Part shown: positions 1-10,174 of the stretch, piece after piece
How positions within the stretch are numbered: the stretch's first letter is position 1
Layout: each line of letters opens with the position of its first letter
NCBI RefSeq assembly: GCF_048403405.1
Contig: NZ_CP183129.1
Direction: 5' to 3' (one strand)
DNA from: Escherichia coli
Lineage (GTDB): Bacteria; Pseudomonadota; Gammaproteobacteria; Enterobacterales; Enterobacteriaceae
Length of the DNA stretch: 64,000 nt
Program-made: the position numbers and the translations under genes
Notes under the pieces: model-generated
Told to the model about the DNA's origin: nothing
The model's input: only the letters and a program-made list of their open reading frames with translations
The model's database searches: none

Positions 1-920
1 TGTACGCATCTTTGATCCTCGCTGAGAATGTTTCACGCCGGGAATAGGCTCTCGCTCAGGCGGGATGGTCCACATCGACGTGTCGAAATCTATCTCCGAC
101 CAGCGAGCAAAACGCAGCTCACTGGATCGAATAAAGATAAGCAGAGTAAGTTCAGTTGCCCAGCGGGTTAGTGGCCTGCCGGTGTATTCATCGATTTTCT
201 GGAGTAATTCCGGGATACGCTTTAACTCCAGCGCCGGACGATGCTGTCGATTACTGGAAGCAACCGCCCCCGCCATCTCTTGCGCCGGATTGTAATCAAT
301 TAACCCGCTTTGCACTGCATAACGCATGATGGCCGTAGTGCGCTGTTGAAGGCGGGAAGCCACTTCAAGACGTCCGGACTTCTCCACGGCTTTAATAGGA
401 ATTAACAGATCGCGGGTGCCTAGTTCAGCAATGTTGCGAGTACCAATTGCCGGGAAGATATTCTCCTCCAAGCTCTTTTTAGACGATTAGCATGATATTC
501 CGACCATTTTTGGTTGGTCACGAGCCACTATTTGGCAACCTTCTCGAAAGTAATAATCTCTTTCGCCTGCTCTTCTTTCACAGCACGTTTATGCTCACGA
601 GGATCGATACCAGCAGCTACCAGCTTTCTGGCCTCTTCCCTTTTCTTCCGCGCATCCGCCAGCGAAACATCCGGGTAAACGCCGAACGCCATCAAATGTT
701 GTTTACCACCAGAACGGAAACGAAATCACCAATACTTTGAACCGCCAGGTTTTACAAGTAAAGACATGCCGTCGCCGTCAACAAGTGAATACTCTTTCTC
801 CTCTGACTTCACAGAACGAACTTTAGTATCCGTTAGGGCAATAATGGTCTTCCTTCCATTGGTATCTCGTGAGTATACAAGCAATATCGAATCGGCAAAT
901 ATGCTTATTAGTATACTCAC
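1..920 (-). pseudogene. intB: Degraded P4-type (tyrosine) integrase adjacent to leuX; runs off the left window edge
   Basis: Minus-strand translation gives ALTDTKVRSVKSEEKEYSLVDGDGMSLLVKPGGSKYW, then in-frame TGA (726-728), FRFRSGGKQHLMAFGVYPDVSLADARKKREEARKL..FEKVAK, in-frame TAG (528-530), then a frame change in a T-run near 474-481, after which NIFPAIGTRNIAELGTRDLLIPIKAVEKSGRLEV continues in another frame to position 1. Integrase-like throughout but not one intact ORF. Confidence 0.75.
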
Positions 921-1042
921 AAGCCTGTTGATGTGGGTTGAGTCAGGTTGACTTCAGTTGAGGAGAAAAGCTGGAAAAGCCTTGCGTGGTGCGGATTTCA
1001 GGCATAAAAAAAGACCTCAGTTGAGGTCTATTTACATACTTT

Positions 1043-1127
1043 TGGTGCCGAAGGCCGGACTCGAACCGGCACGTATTTCTACGGTTGATTTTGAATCAAC
1101 TGCGTCTACCGATTTCGCCACTTCGGC
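1043..1127 (-). tRNA. leuX: tRNA-Leu (anticodon CAA)
   Basis: Reverse complement reads GCCGAAGTGGCGAAATCGGTAGACGCAGTTGATTCAAAATCAACCGTAGAAATACGTGCCGGTTCGAGTCCGGCCTTCGGCACCA: long variable arm, CAA anticodon loop, T-loop GGTTCGAGTCC, encoded CCA end. Confidence 0.95.
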
Positions 1128-1322
1128 ACTGAAGAGGTATGCGGAAAACGTTGTGGATTATACCTGTCGCACGCCACCATGCAAGCGCCAGCTTGCTCGC
1201 ACCTCGCTAAGTGCTGAAATTTTCAGCATTGCATACAGCGATGTGTAACCTTTGTCACACTCCAGGCACCCCGCCCTGCCATGCTCTACACTTCCCAGAC
1301 AACACCAGAGAAGGACCAAAAA

Positions 1323-2342
1323 ATGTCGATGATAAAAAGCTACGCCGCAAAAGAGGCTGGCGGCGAACTGGAACTTTATGAGTACGATCCCGGTGAACTG
1401 AAGCCACAAGATGTTGAAGTGCAGGTGGATTACTGCGGGATCTGCCATTCCGATCTGTCGATGATCGACAACGAATGGGGATTTTCACAGTATCCGCTGG
1501 TTGCCGGGCATGAGGTGATTGGGCGCGTGGTGGCACTCGGGAGCGCCGCGCAGGATAAAGGTTTGCAGGTCGGTCAGCGTGTCGGGATTGGCTGGACGGC
1601 GCGTAGCTGTGGTCACTGCGATGCCTGTATTAGCGGTAATCAGATCAACTGCGAGCAAGGCGCGGTGCCAACAATTATGAATCGCGGCGGCTTTGCCAAG
1701 AAGTTGCGTGCGGACTGGCAATGGGTGATCCCACTGCCAGAAAATATTGATATCGAGTCCGCCGGGCCGCTGTTGTGCGGCGGTATCACGGTCTTTAAAC
1801 CACTGTTGATGCACCATATCACTGCTACCAGCCGCGTTGGGGTAATTGGTATTGGCGGGCTGGGGCATATCGCTATAAAACTTCTGCACGCAATGGGATG
1901 CGAGGTGACAGCCTTTAGTTCAAATCCGGCGAAAGAGCAGGAAGTACTGGCGATGGGTGCCGATAAAGTGGTGAATAGCCGCGATCCACAGGCACTGAAA
2001 ACTCTGGCGGGGCAGTTTGATCTCATTATCAATACTGTGAACGTCAGCCTCGACTGGCAGCCTTATTTTGAGGCGCTGACGTATGGCGGTAATTTCCACA
2101 CCGTCGGTGCGGTTCTCACGCCGTTGCCGGTTCCGGCCTTTACGCTGATTGCGGGCGATCGCAGTGTCTCTGGCTCTGCTACCGGTACACCTTATGAGTT
2201 GCGTAAGCTGATGCGCTTTGCCGCCCGCAGCAAGGTTGCGCCGACTACCGAACTGTTCCCGATGTCGAAAATTAACGACGCCATCCAGCATGTGCGCGAC
2301 GGTAAGGCGCGTTACCGCGTGGTGTTGAAAGCCGATTTTTGA
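1323..2342 (+). CDS. ahr: NADPH-dependent aldehyde reductase, Zn-dependent alcohol dehydrogenase family
   Basis: ORF 1281-2342; start set at [11 protein letters not shown] (339 aa). Zn-ADH motifs GHEVIGRVV and CGHCDAC, and GIGGLGH dinucleotide fold. Confidence 0.9.
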   Translation: MSMIKSYAAKEAGGELELYEYDPGELKPQDVEVQVDYCGICHSDLSMIDNEWGFSQYPLVAGHEVIGRVVALGSAAQDKGLQVGQRVGIGWTARSCGHCDACISGNQINCEQGAVPTIMNRGGFAKKLRADWQWVIPLPENIDIESAGPLLCGGITVFKPLLMHHITATSRVGVIGIGGLGHIAIKLLHAMGCEVTAFSSNPAKEQEVLAMGADKVVNSRDPQALKTLAGQFDLIINTVNVSLDWQPYFEALTYGGNFHTVGAVLTPLPVPAFTLIAGDRSVSGSATGTPYELRKLMRFAARSKVAPTTELFPMSKINDAIQHVRDGKARYRVVLKADF

Positions 2343-2345
2343 AAA

Positions 2346-2909
2346 TCATTCGCAGCGCTGATCTGAGGCGCTGCCCTCTTTCGCACATATTCTGTTTTGT
2401 CGTATCGCCAGCACAGCCTGCCGACATTGTTCGGTGACATTGGCAATATCATGGTTGATATCAATGCGCACAATATCCTGCTCATCTTCTTGTGGACGCT
2501 CCAGTGCCTCAAACTGACTTTTTAGTAACGCTACCGGCATAAAATGCCCAGCCCGACGCTGCATTCGCGCGAGAATAGTTTCATAGTCGCCATCTAACCA
2601 GAGGAAATGAACATGGGGGCTACCCTTGCGTAAAATATCACGATACTGTTTTTTTAATGATGAACAGACAATAAATCCTGTTTCATTCTTTTTATAAAGA
2701 CTGTATGAAGCATCATTTAAGCGTTCCAGCCAGGGAAGTCGATCTTCATCAGATAATGGAATACCCTGCGACATTTTATCTATATTTTTGGCTGGATGAA
2801 GATCGTCACCATCAATAAATTTAGCAGATAATAACGCGGCAACCTTGCTACCAATTAATGTTTTACCACTCCCTGAAACGCCCATCAAAATAAAGCTTTC
2901 ACCCGCCAT
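2346..2909 (-). CDS. idnK: Gluconate kinase (thermosensitive, GntII system)
   Basis: 187-aa ORF with P-loop GVSGSGKT near the N-terminus; divergent from idnD. Confidence 0.9.
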   Translation of the reverse strand: MAGESFILMGVSGSGKTLIGSKVAALLSAKFIDGDDLHPAKNIDKMSQGIPLSDEDRLPWLERLNDASYSLYKKNETGFIVCSSLKKQYRDILRKGSPHVHFLWLDGDYETILARMQRRAGHFMPVALLKSQFEALERPQEDEQDIVRIDINHDIANVTEQCRQAVLAIRQNRICAKEGSASDQRCE

Positions 2910-3010
2910 TTAAAATCTCCTGAATCATCTTACCTGCTGTGATACTACGCCTGGTGGCATAATAATTTCACGTTTTTTTATTTCTGCTGATAAGAATTAC
3001 AAGGCACATC

Positions 3011-3026
3011 ACGTTATGCGTAACAT
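3011..3026. promoter_or_regulatory. Candidate GntR/IdnR operator in the idnK-idnD divergent promoter region
   Basis: ACGTTATGCGTAACAT is a near-perfect 16-bp palindrome resembling the ATGTTAC-N2-GTAACAT operator class of GntR/IdnR (LacI family). Confidence 0.4.
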
Positions 3027-3125
3027 AGTAATGTAACAATTTTCTAACGTGATCTTCATCACAAATAATGACAATTAAAACCGCTTAAATGCTTCCGAGG
3101 TGTCTACCTGACCAGTGAGAAATTT

Positions 3126-4157
3126 ATGCAAGTGAAAACACAGTCCTGCGTTGTTGCAGGCAAGAAAACTGTTGCCGTTACCGAGCAGACGATAGATTGG
3201 AATAATAATGGAACATTAGTACAAATAACCCGAGGTGGAATTTGCGGTTCCGATTTACATTATTATCAGGAAGGAAAAGTAGGTAATTTCATGATAAAGG
3301 CACCGATGGTGTTAGGTCATGAAGTTATCGGTAAAGTTATTCATAGCGACTCATCAGAATTACATGAAGGGCAAACGGTAGCCATTAATCCGTCTAAACC
3401 GTGCGGTCACTGCAAATACTGCATTGAACATAACGAGAATCAGTGTACAGATATGCGTTTTTTTGGCAGTGCCATGTATTTCCCTCATGTTGATGGTGGT
3501 TTTACCCGTTATAAAATGGTCGAAACGTCGCAATGTGTCCCTTATCCGGCCAAAGCTGACGAAAAGGTTATGGCTTTTGCCGAACCTTTAGCCGTCGCGA
3601 TTCATGCCGCACATCAGGCCGGCGAGTTACAGGGCAAGCGAGTATTTATTTCTGGTGTTGGGCCCATTGGCTGCCTGATTGTCAGTGCTGTGAAAACACT
3701 GGGGGCCGCGGAAATTGTCTGTGCCGATGTGAGTCCCCGTTCCCTTTCGCTGGGCAAAGAGATGGGGGCGGAGGTGCTCGTAAACCCACAAAACGACGAC
3801 ATGGATCACTGGAAAGCGGAAAAAGGCTATTTCGATGTCAGCTTTGAAGTGTCCGGTCATCCTTCATCAGTGAATACCTGTCTGGAGGTCACTCGTGCAC
3901 GCGGCGTAATGGTGCAGGTAGGTATGGGAGGCGCGATGGCAGAATTCCCAATGATGACATTGATTGGTAAGGAGATTTCACTCAAAGGCTCTTTCCGTTT
4001 TACCAGCGAATTTAATACCGCAGTGTCATGGCTGGCGAATGGCGTTATCAATCCACTGCCTTTACTGAGTGCTGAATATCCCTTCACTGACCTGGAAGAG
4101 GCGCTACGTTTCGCCGGTGATAAAACCCAGGCAGCAAAAGTCCAGCTTGTTTTCTAA
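3126..4157 (+). CDS. idnD: L-idonate 5-dehydrogenase (Zn-dependent dehydrogenase)
   Basis: 343-aa ORF; GICGSDLHYY and GHEVIGKV Zn-ADH motifs; first gene of idnDOTR. Confidence 0.9.
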   Translation: MQVKTQSCVVAGKKTVAVTEQTIDWNNNGTLVQITRGGICGSDLHYYQEGKVGNFMIKAPMVLGHEVIGKVIHSDSSELHEGQTVAINPSKPCGHCKYCIEHNENQCTDMRFFGSAMYFPHVDGGFTRYKMVETSQCVPYPAKADEKVMAFAEPLAVAIHAAHQAGELQGKRVFISGVGPIGCLIVSAVKTLGAAEIVCADVSPRSLSLGKEMGAEVLVNPQNDDMDHWKAEKGYFDVSFEVSGHPSSVNTCLEVTRARGVMVQVGMGGAMAEFPMMTLIGKEISLKGSFRFTSEFNTAVSWLANGVINPLPLLSAEYPFTDLEEALRFAGDKTQAAKVQLVF

Positions 4158-4180
4158 GAGATAAATAAAGGAATAATACA

Positions 4181-4945
4181 ATGAACGATCTATTTTCACT
4201 GGCAGGAAAAAATATCTTGATTACCGGTTCAGCACAGGGCATTGGCTTTTTACTGGCAACCGGCCTGGGTAAATATGGCGCACAAATAATTATTAATGAT
4301 ATTACTGCCGAACGCGCAGAACTTGCTGTAGAAAAACTCCACCAGGAGGGTATTCAGGCCGTTGCCGCACCTTTTAATGTTACTCATAAACATGAAATTG
4401 ATGCCGCCGTTGAACATATCGAAAAGAACATCGGCCCCATTGATGTGCTGGTGAATAACGCCGGTATCCAGCGCCGTCATCCTTTTACTGAGTTCCCTGA
4501 ACAAGAGTGGAATGATGTGATCGCAGTAAACCAGACCGCCGTGTTCCTGGTATCGCAAGCGGTAACTCGTCACATGGTTGAACGCAAGGCAGGTAAAGTT
4601 ATTAATATTTGCTCGATGCAAAGCGAACTGGGACGTGACACCATCACCCCTTATGCCGCATCGAAAGGGGCGGTAAAAATGCTCACCCGCGGCATGTGCG
4701 TCGAGCTGGCGCGCCACAATATTCAGGTCAACGGTATTGCGCCGGGCTATTTCAAAACAGAAATGACTAAAGCACTGGTTGAGGACGAAGCCTTCACCGC
4801 CTGGTTGTGCAAACGGACCCCCGCCGCACGCTGGGGAGATCCGCAGGAACTGATTGGTGCTGCGGTGTTCCTTTCTTCAAAAGCCTCTGATTTCGTAAAC
4901 GGCCACCTGTTGTTTGTTGATGGCGGCATGTTAGTGGCTGTTTAA
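4181..4945 (+). CDS. idnO: 5-keto-D-gluconate 5-reductase (short-chain dehydrogenase/reductase)
   Basis: 254-aa ORF; TGSAQGIG Rossmann motif and YAASKGAV (YxxxK) catalytic motif. Confidence 0.9.
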   Translation: MNDLFSLAGKNILITGSAQGIGFLLATGLGKYGAQIIINDITAERAELAVEKLHQEGIQAVAAPFNVTHKHEIDAAVEHIEKNIGPIDVLVNNAGIQRRHPFTEFPEQEWNDVIAVNQTAVFLVSQAVTRHMVERKAGKVINICSMQSELGRDTITPYAASKGAVKMLTRGMCVELARHNIQVNGIAPGYFKTEMTKALVEDEAFTAWLCKRTPAARWGDPQELIGAAVFLSSKASDFVNGHLLFVDGGMLVAV

Positions 4946-5009
4946 CAGCCACCACCCTACGTGCAGCGCGAAAGCGCTGCTTTTCTGGCACTAATAAGAG
5001 ATAAAGACT

Positions 5010-6329
5010 ATGCCATTAATCATTATTGCGGCAGGCGTCGCGCTGCTTCTTATCCTGATGATCGGCTTTAAAGTTAACGGCTTTATTGCCCTCGTTCTGG
5101 TAGCTGCCGTCGTCGGATTTGCCGAAGGGATGGATGCACAGGCCGTCCTGCACTCTATACAAAATGGTATCGGCAGCACGCTCGGCGGGCTGGCAATGAT
5201 CCTCGGTTTCGGGGCCATGTTAGGCAAGCTGATTTCTGATACGGGCGCGGCACAACGTATCGCCACTACGCTGATTGCTACTTTTGGTAAAAAACGCGTG
5301 CAATGGGCGCTAGTGATCACCGGTCTGGTTGTGGGCCTCGCCATGTTTTTTGAAGTGGGTTTTGTCCTGCTGTTGCCGTTGGTATTTACCATCGTGGCAT
5401 CATCTGGATTACCCCTGTTGTATGTTGGCGTACCGATGGTAGCAGCGCTCTCTGTAACCCACTGTTTTCTGCCGCCACATCCAGGGCCTACTGCCATCGC
5501 GACTATCTTTGAGGCTAATCTCGGAACGACTTTACTGTATGGATTTATCATTACCATTCCGACAGTTATTGTCGCAGGACCGCTGTTTTCTAAACTGCTA
5601 ACTCGCTTTGAGAAAGCACCACCGGAAGGCTTATTTAATCCTCATCTGTTTAGCGAAGAGGAGATGCCCTCCTTCTGGAACAGTATTTTCGCTGCCGTGA
5701 TCCCGGTCATCCTGATGGCTATCGCCGCCGTTTGTGAAATTACGTTACCGAAAACTAACGCCGTGCGCCTCTTCTTTGAATTTGTCGGTAACCCTGCCGT
5801 TGCGCTGTTTATTGCCATTGTTATTGCGATTTTCACACTGGGCCGACGTAATGGACGCACCATCGAGCAAATCATGGATATCATTGGGGATTCTATAGGC
5901 GCTATCGCGATGATTGTGTTTATTATCGCTGGCGGCGGCGCGTTTAAGCAGGTATTAGTAGATAGCGGTGTCGGGCAGTATATTTCACACTTAATGACCG
6001 GAACTACACTTTCGCCGTTATTGATGTGCTGGACTGTTGCGGCGCTGTTGCGTATCGCTCTGGGCTCTGCCACCGTCGCGGCCATTACCACCGCGGGTGT
6101 GGTGTTGCCGATTATCAACGTTACCCATACCGATCCCGCTTTAATGGTACTGGCAACCGGTGCGGGCAGCGTGATCGCATCACACGTAAACGACCCTGGC
6201 TTCTGGCTATTTAAAGGGTATTTTAATCTGACGGTTGGTGAAACGTTGCGTACCTGGACGGTGATGGAAACCCTTATTTCTATTATGGGTTTGCTGGGCG
6301 TGTTAGCCATTAACGCCGTATTGCACTGA
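5010..6329 (+). CDS. idnT: L-idonate/5-ketogluconate/gluconate transporter (GntP family permease)
   Basis: 439-aa highly hydrophobic ORF; position in the idn operon. Confidence 0.9.
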   Translation: MPLIIIAAGVALLLILMIGFKVNGFIALVLVAAVVGFAEGMDAQAVLHSIQNGIGSTLGGLAMILGFGAMLGKLISDTGAAQRIATTLIATFGKKRVQWALVITGLVVGLAMFFEVGFVLLLPLVFTIVASSGLPLLYVGVPMVAALSVTHCFLPPHPGPTAIATIFEANLGTTLLYGFIITIPTVIVAGPLFSKLLTRFEKAPPEGLFNPHLFSEEEMPSFWNSIFAAVIPVILMAIAAVCEITLPKTNAVRLFFEFVGNPAVALFIAIVIAIFTLGRRNGRTIEQIMDIIGDSIGAIAMIVFIIAGGGAFKQVLVDSGVGQYISHLMTGTTLSPLLMCWTVAALLRIALGSATVAAITTAGVVLPIINVTHTDPALMVLATGAGSVIASHVNDPGFWLFKGYFNLTVGETLRTWTVMETLISIMGLLGVLAINAVLH

Positions 6330-6394
6330 AAGAATAAAATATTGTGATGTAGTTTCGGGGGAAGATTGAAGATTCCCCGACGTTGGGAGAAGTT

Positions 6395-7393
6395 ATGCGC
6401 AATCACAGAATTTCTTTACAGGATATCGCTACGCTGGCTGGCGTAACAAAAATGACCGTGAGTCGTTATATCCGCTCGCCGAAAAAGGTGGCAAAGGAAA
6501 CAGGCGAGCGCATCGCCAAAATTATGGAAGAGATCAATTATATCCCTAATCGCGCTCCCGGCATGTTGTTGAATGCACAAAGTTATACCCTCGGTATCTT
6601 GATTCCGTCATTTCAAAATCAACTCTTCGCTGACATTCTCGCGGGAATAGAATCCGTCACCTCTGAGCATAATTATCAGACCCTTATTGCTAATTACAAT
6701 TACGATCGCGATTCCGAAGAAGAGTCGGTGATTAACCTGCTCTCTTATAACATTGACGGGATTATACTTTCGGAAAAATATCACACCATCAGGACGGTGA
6801 AATTTCTGCGTTCAGCCACCATTCCGGTCGTGGAATTGATGGATGTACAGGGAGAACGGCTGGATATGGAGGTCGGTTTTGATAATCGGCAGGCCGCTTT
6901 TGACATGGTGTGTACCATGCTGGAGAAGCGAGTCAGGCACAAAATTCTGTATCTCGGTTCCAAAGATGACACCCGCGATGAACAGCGTTATCAGGGGTAT
7001 TGCGATGCGATGATGCTGCATAATCTTTCCCCATTACGCATGAATCCACGCGCCATCTCATCCATTCATTTAGGAATGCAGTTAATGCGTGATGCCCTTA
7101 GCGCAAACCCGGATTTAGACGGTGTATTTTGCACCAATGACGATATTGCGATGGGTGCGCTTCTGCTGTGCCGCGAGCGAAACCTCGCCGTGCCAGAACA
7201 AATTTCCATTGCGGGTTTTCATGGGCTGGAGATTGGCAGGCAAATGATCCCAAGCCTCGCCAGCGTAATTACTCCCCGTTTTGATATTGGTCGGATGGCC
7301 GCCCAAATGTTGCTGAGCAAAATTAAGAATAACGATCACAACCACAACACTGTTGACCTCGGGTATCAGATTTATCACGGTAACACGCTTTAG
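6395..7393 (+). CDS. idnR: LacI-family transcriptional regulator of the idn operon
   Basis: ORF 6383-7393; start chosen at MRNHR (332 aa). N-terminal [24 protein letters not shown]. Confidence 0.85.
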   Translation: MRNHRISLQDIATLAGVTKMTVSRYIRSPKKVAKETGERIAKIMEEINYIPNRAPGMLLNAQSYTLGILIPSFQNQLFADILAGIESVTSEHNYQTLIANYNYDRDSEEESVINLLSYNIDGIILSEKYHTIRTVKFLRSATIPVVELMDVQGERLDMEVGFDNRQAAFDMVCTMLEKRVRHKILYLGSKDDTRDEQRYQGYCDAMMLHNLSPLRMNPRAISSIHLGMQLMRDALSANPDLDGVFCTNDDIAMGALLLCRERNLAVPEQISIAGFHGLEIGRQMIPSLASVITPRFDIGRMAAQMLLSKIKNNDHNHNTVDLGYQIYHGNTL

Positions 7394-7470
7394 GTTATTT
7401 TCTCTGCATTACACATATTCTCTTTGCCGGACGTTGCCTATACTCCAGGCAGGAAACTGGAGGAAATCTC

Positions 7471-8973
7471 ATGAGCGAACCCCTGTTAATTGCCCGCACG
7501 TCGGATACAGAACTGTTTTTATTGCCGAGAATGGCGAATCGTCACGGGCTGATTACTGGCGCAACGGGGACGGGTAAAACCGTTACGCTGCAAAAACTGG
7601 CAGAGTCATTGTCGGAAATCGGTGTTCCGGTGTTTATGGCCGATGTGAAAGGCGATCTGACCGGCATCGCGCAGGCAGGAACGGCGTCGGAAAAACTGCT
7701 CGCAAGGCTTAAAAATATCGGCGTAAATGACTGGCAACCTCATGTTAATCCGGTGGTGGTGTGGGATATCTTTGGCGAGAAAGGCCACCCGGTGCGGGCG
7801 ACGGTTTCGGATCTGGGGCCGCTGTTGCTGGCACGACTGTTGAATCTCAACGATGTGCAATCTGGCGTGCTGAATATCATCTTCCGCATTGCTGATGATC
7901 AGGGGCTGTTACTGCTCGACTTTAAAGATTTGCGGGCGATTACCCAGTACATCGGCGATAACGCCAAATCCTTCCAGAATCAGTATGGTAATATCAGTAG
8001 CGCATCGGTTGGTGCCATCCAGCGCGGGCTGTTATCGCTGGAACAGCAAGGCGCGGCGCACTTTTTTGGTGAGCCGATGCTGGATATCAAAGACTGGATG
8101 CGTACCGATGCCAACGGTAAAGGCGTTATCAATATCCTCAGCGCCGAGAAGCTTTATCAGATGCCGAAACTGTACGCCGCCAGCCTGCTGTGGATGCTTT
8201 CAGAATTGTATGAACAATTGCCTGAAGCGGGCGATCTGGAGAAACCAAAACTGGTGTTTTTCTTCGACGAAGCACATCTGCTGTTTAACGATGCACCGCA
8301 GGTACTGCTGGATAAGATTGAGCAGGTGATAAGGCTTATCCGCTCGAAAGGCGTGGGCGTCTGGTTCGTTTCGCAAAACCCGTCAGATATTCCGGATAAC
8401 GTGCTCGGGCAGCTCGGTAATCGCGTTCAACACGCTTTGCGTGCTTTTACGCCTAAAGATCAGAAAGCAGTGAAGGCAGCGGCGCAAACCATGCGCCCCA
8501 ACCCTGCATTTGATACGGAAAAGGCGATTCAGGAACTGGGCACCGGCGAGGCGTTGATCTCTTTTCTGGATGCGAAAGGAAGCCCTTCTGTGGTGGAACA
8601 GGCGATGGTGATTGCGCCTTGTTCGCGGATGGGACCGGTGACGGAAGATGAGCGTAATGGCTTGATTAATCACTCTCCGGTGTATGGCAAGTACGAGGAT
8701 GACGTGGACCGGGAATCCGCCTATGAGATGTTGCAAAAAGGCTTTCAGGCCAGTACCGAGCAGCAAAATAATCCTCCCGCGAAAGGGAAAGAGGTGGCGG
8801 TGGATGACGGTATTCTCGGTGGATTGAAGGATATTTTGTTTGGCACTACCGGACCACGCGGCGGGAAGAAAGATGGTGTGGTGCAAACAATGGCGAAAAG
8901 CGCCGCCCGCCAGGTGACGAATCAGATTGTGCGTGGTGTGCTGGGGAGTTTGCTGGGGGGGAGAAAAAGATAA
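7471..8973 (+). CDS. yjgR: Uncharacterised P-loop NTPase (DUF853-type)
   Basis: 500-aa ORF; Walker A GATGTGKT near residue 30 and Walker-B-like [12 protein letters not shown]. Confidence 0.85.
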   Translation: MSEPLLIARTSDTELFLLPRMANRHGLITGATGTGKTVTLQKLAESLSEIGVPVFMADVKGDLTGIAQAGTASEKLLARLKNIGVNDWQPHVNPVVVWDIFGEKGHPVRATVSDLGPLLLARLLNLNDVQSGVLNIIFRIADDQGLLLLDFKDLRAITQYIGDNAKSFQNQYGNISSASVGAIQRGLLSLEQQGAAHFFGEPMLDIKDWMRTDANGKGVINILSAEKLYQMPKLYAASLLWMLSELYEQLPEAGDLEKPKLVFFFDEAHLLFNDAPQVLLDKIEQVIRLIRSKGVGVWFVSQNPSDIPDNVLGQLGNRVQHALRAFTPKDQKAVKAAAQTMRPNPAFDTEKAIQELGTGEALISFLDAKGSPSVVEQAMVIAPCSRMGPVTEDERNGLINHSPVYGKYEDDVDRESAYEMLQKGFQASTEQQNNPPAKGKEVAVDDGILGGLKDILFGTTGPRGGKKDGVVQTMAKSAARQVTNQIVRGVLGSLLGGRKR

Positions 8974-8990
8974 GTCAGACGTGATCTGTG

Positions 8991-9032
8991 CCCCTCACCC
9001 TAACCCTCTCCCCAAAGGGGCGAGGGGACCGT
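8991..9032. repeat. GC-rich palindromic intergenic repeat, copy 1 of 3
   Basis: CCCTCACCCTAACCCTCTCCCC-AAA-GGGGCGAGGGGACC; shares the 20-nt core CCTCACCCTAACCCTCTCCC with the copies at 13064 and 36705. Confidence 0.8.
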
Positions 9033-9091
9033 TCGAACTCGTATTTGACTTTGTCAACAATAATAAAGGGAGCTTTCGCTCCCTTGTTAGA

Positions 9092-10174
9092 TTACGATTT
9101 TCTCATTAACAGCCACAGGCTGATTAAGAAGAAGCTGGCGCTTGGCAACAGTGCGCCGATAATCGGCGGGATGCCGTAAACCAACGTCAGCGGGCCGAAG
9201 ATCTGGTCCAGTACGTAGAAGACAAAACCGAAGCTGATACCGGTGACCACACGCACGCCCATCGGTACGCTACGCAGTGGGCCAAAGATAAACGACAGCG
9301 CCATCAGCATCATCACCGCCACGGATAGCGGCTGGAAGATTTTGCTCCACATGTTGAGCTGATAACGTCCAGCGTCCTGACCACTCGACTTCAGATACTT
9401 CACATAGTTGTGCAAACCACTGATGGAGAGTGCATCCGGGTCCAGCGCCACCACGCCCAGTTTGTCTGGCGTGAGGTTGGTTTTCCAGGTGCCGCTCACC
9501 GTCTGCGAACCGGTAATCTGTTTCGGATTGGTCAAATCAGATTCATCAACCTGCGACAGACGCCAGACTTTATGTTCAGGGTCAAACTTCGCGGTAGCGG
9601 CATAGCGTACGGATTGCAGACGACGATTCTCGTTAAAGGCATAAATACTGATGCCACCTAACTCTTCGTCACCTTTAACCCGCTCAATGTAGACGAAGTT
9701 GTTGCCATCTTTCGCCCATAAACCTTGCTGGGTAGAGAGCAACGAGCCGCCGTACATCGCCTGCGCACGGTAGTTACGCGCCATCTGCTCGCCCTGCGGC
9801 GCGACCCATTCACCAATCGCCATCGTCAGCAAGACCAGCGGAATGGCGGTTTTCATCACCGACAGCGCCACCTGCATACGGGTAAAACCAGAAGCCTGCA
9901 TGACTACCAGTTCGCTGCGCTGCGCCAGCATCCCAAGACCAAGCAACGCCCCAAGCAGAGCCGCCATCGGGAAGAAGATTTGCACATCTTTCGGCACGCT
10001 CAGCAAGGTATACATTCCTGCGCCTAACGCGTCGTAACTCCCCTGCCCGGCTTTTTTCAGCTGATCGACAAACTTGATAATGCCCGACAGCGACACCAGC
10101 ATGAACAGCGTCATCATGATGGTGGTGAAAATAGTTTTACCGATATAGCGGTCAAGTACGCCAAAAGGTTGCAT
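9092..10174 (-). CDS. lptG: Lipopolysaccharide export ABC permease
   Basis: ORF 9092-10177; start at the second Met gives 360 aa; multi-pass membrane protein; start overlaps the lptF stop. Confidence 0.85.
   Translation of the reverse strand: MQPFGVLDRYIGKTIFTTIMMTLFMLVSLSGIIKFVDQLKKAGQGSYDALGAGMYTLLSVPKDVQIFFPMAALLGALLGLGMLAQRSELVVMQASGFTRMQVALSVMKTAIPLVLLTMAIGEWVAPQGEQMARNYRAQAMYGGSLLSTQQGLWAKDGNNFVYIERVKGDEELGGISIYAFNENRRLQSVRYAATAKFDPEHKVWRLSQVDESDLTNPKQITGSQTVSGTWKTNLTPDKLGVVALDPDALSISGLHNYVKYLKSSGQDAGRYQLNMWSKIFQPLSVAVMMLMALSFIFGPLRSVPMGVRVVTGISFGFVFYVLDQIFGPLTLVYGIPPIIGALLPSASFFLISLWLLMRKS

Noticed and set aside
958-1248. 96-aa plus-strand ORF overlapping the leuX tRNA
   Set aside because: It reads straight through the tRNA gene on the opposite strand and the ahr promoter region; the tRNA assignment explains the locus.
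8927-9179. Two small ORFs (60 and 63 aa) downstream of yjgR
   Set aside because: They are generated by translating through the GC-rich palindromic repeat and into the antisense strand of lptG; no coding signal.
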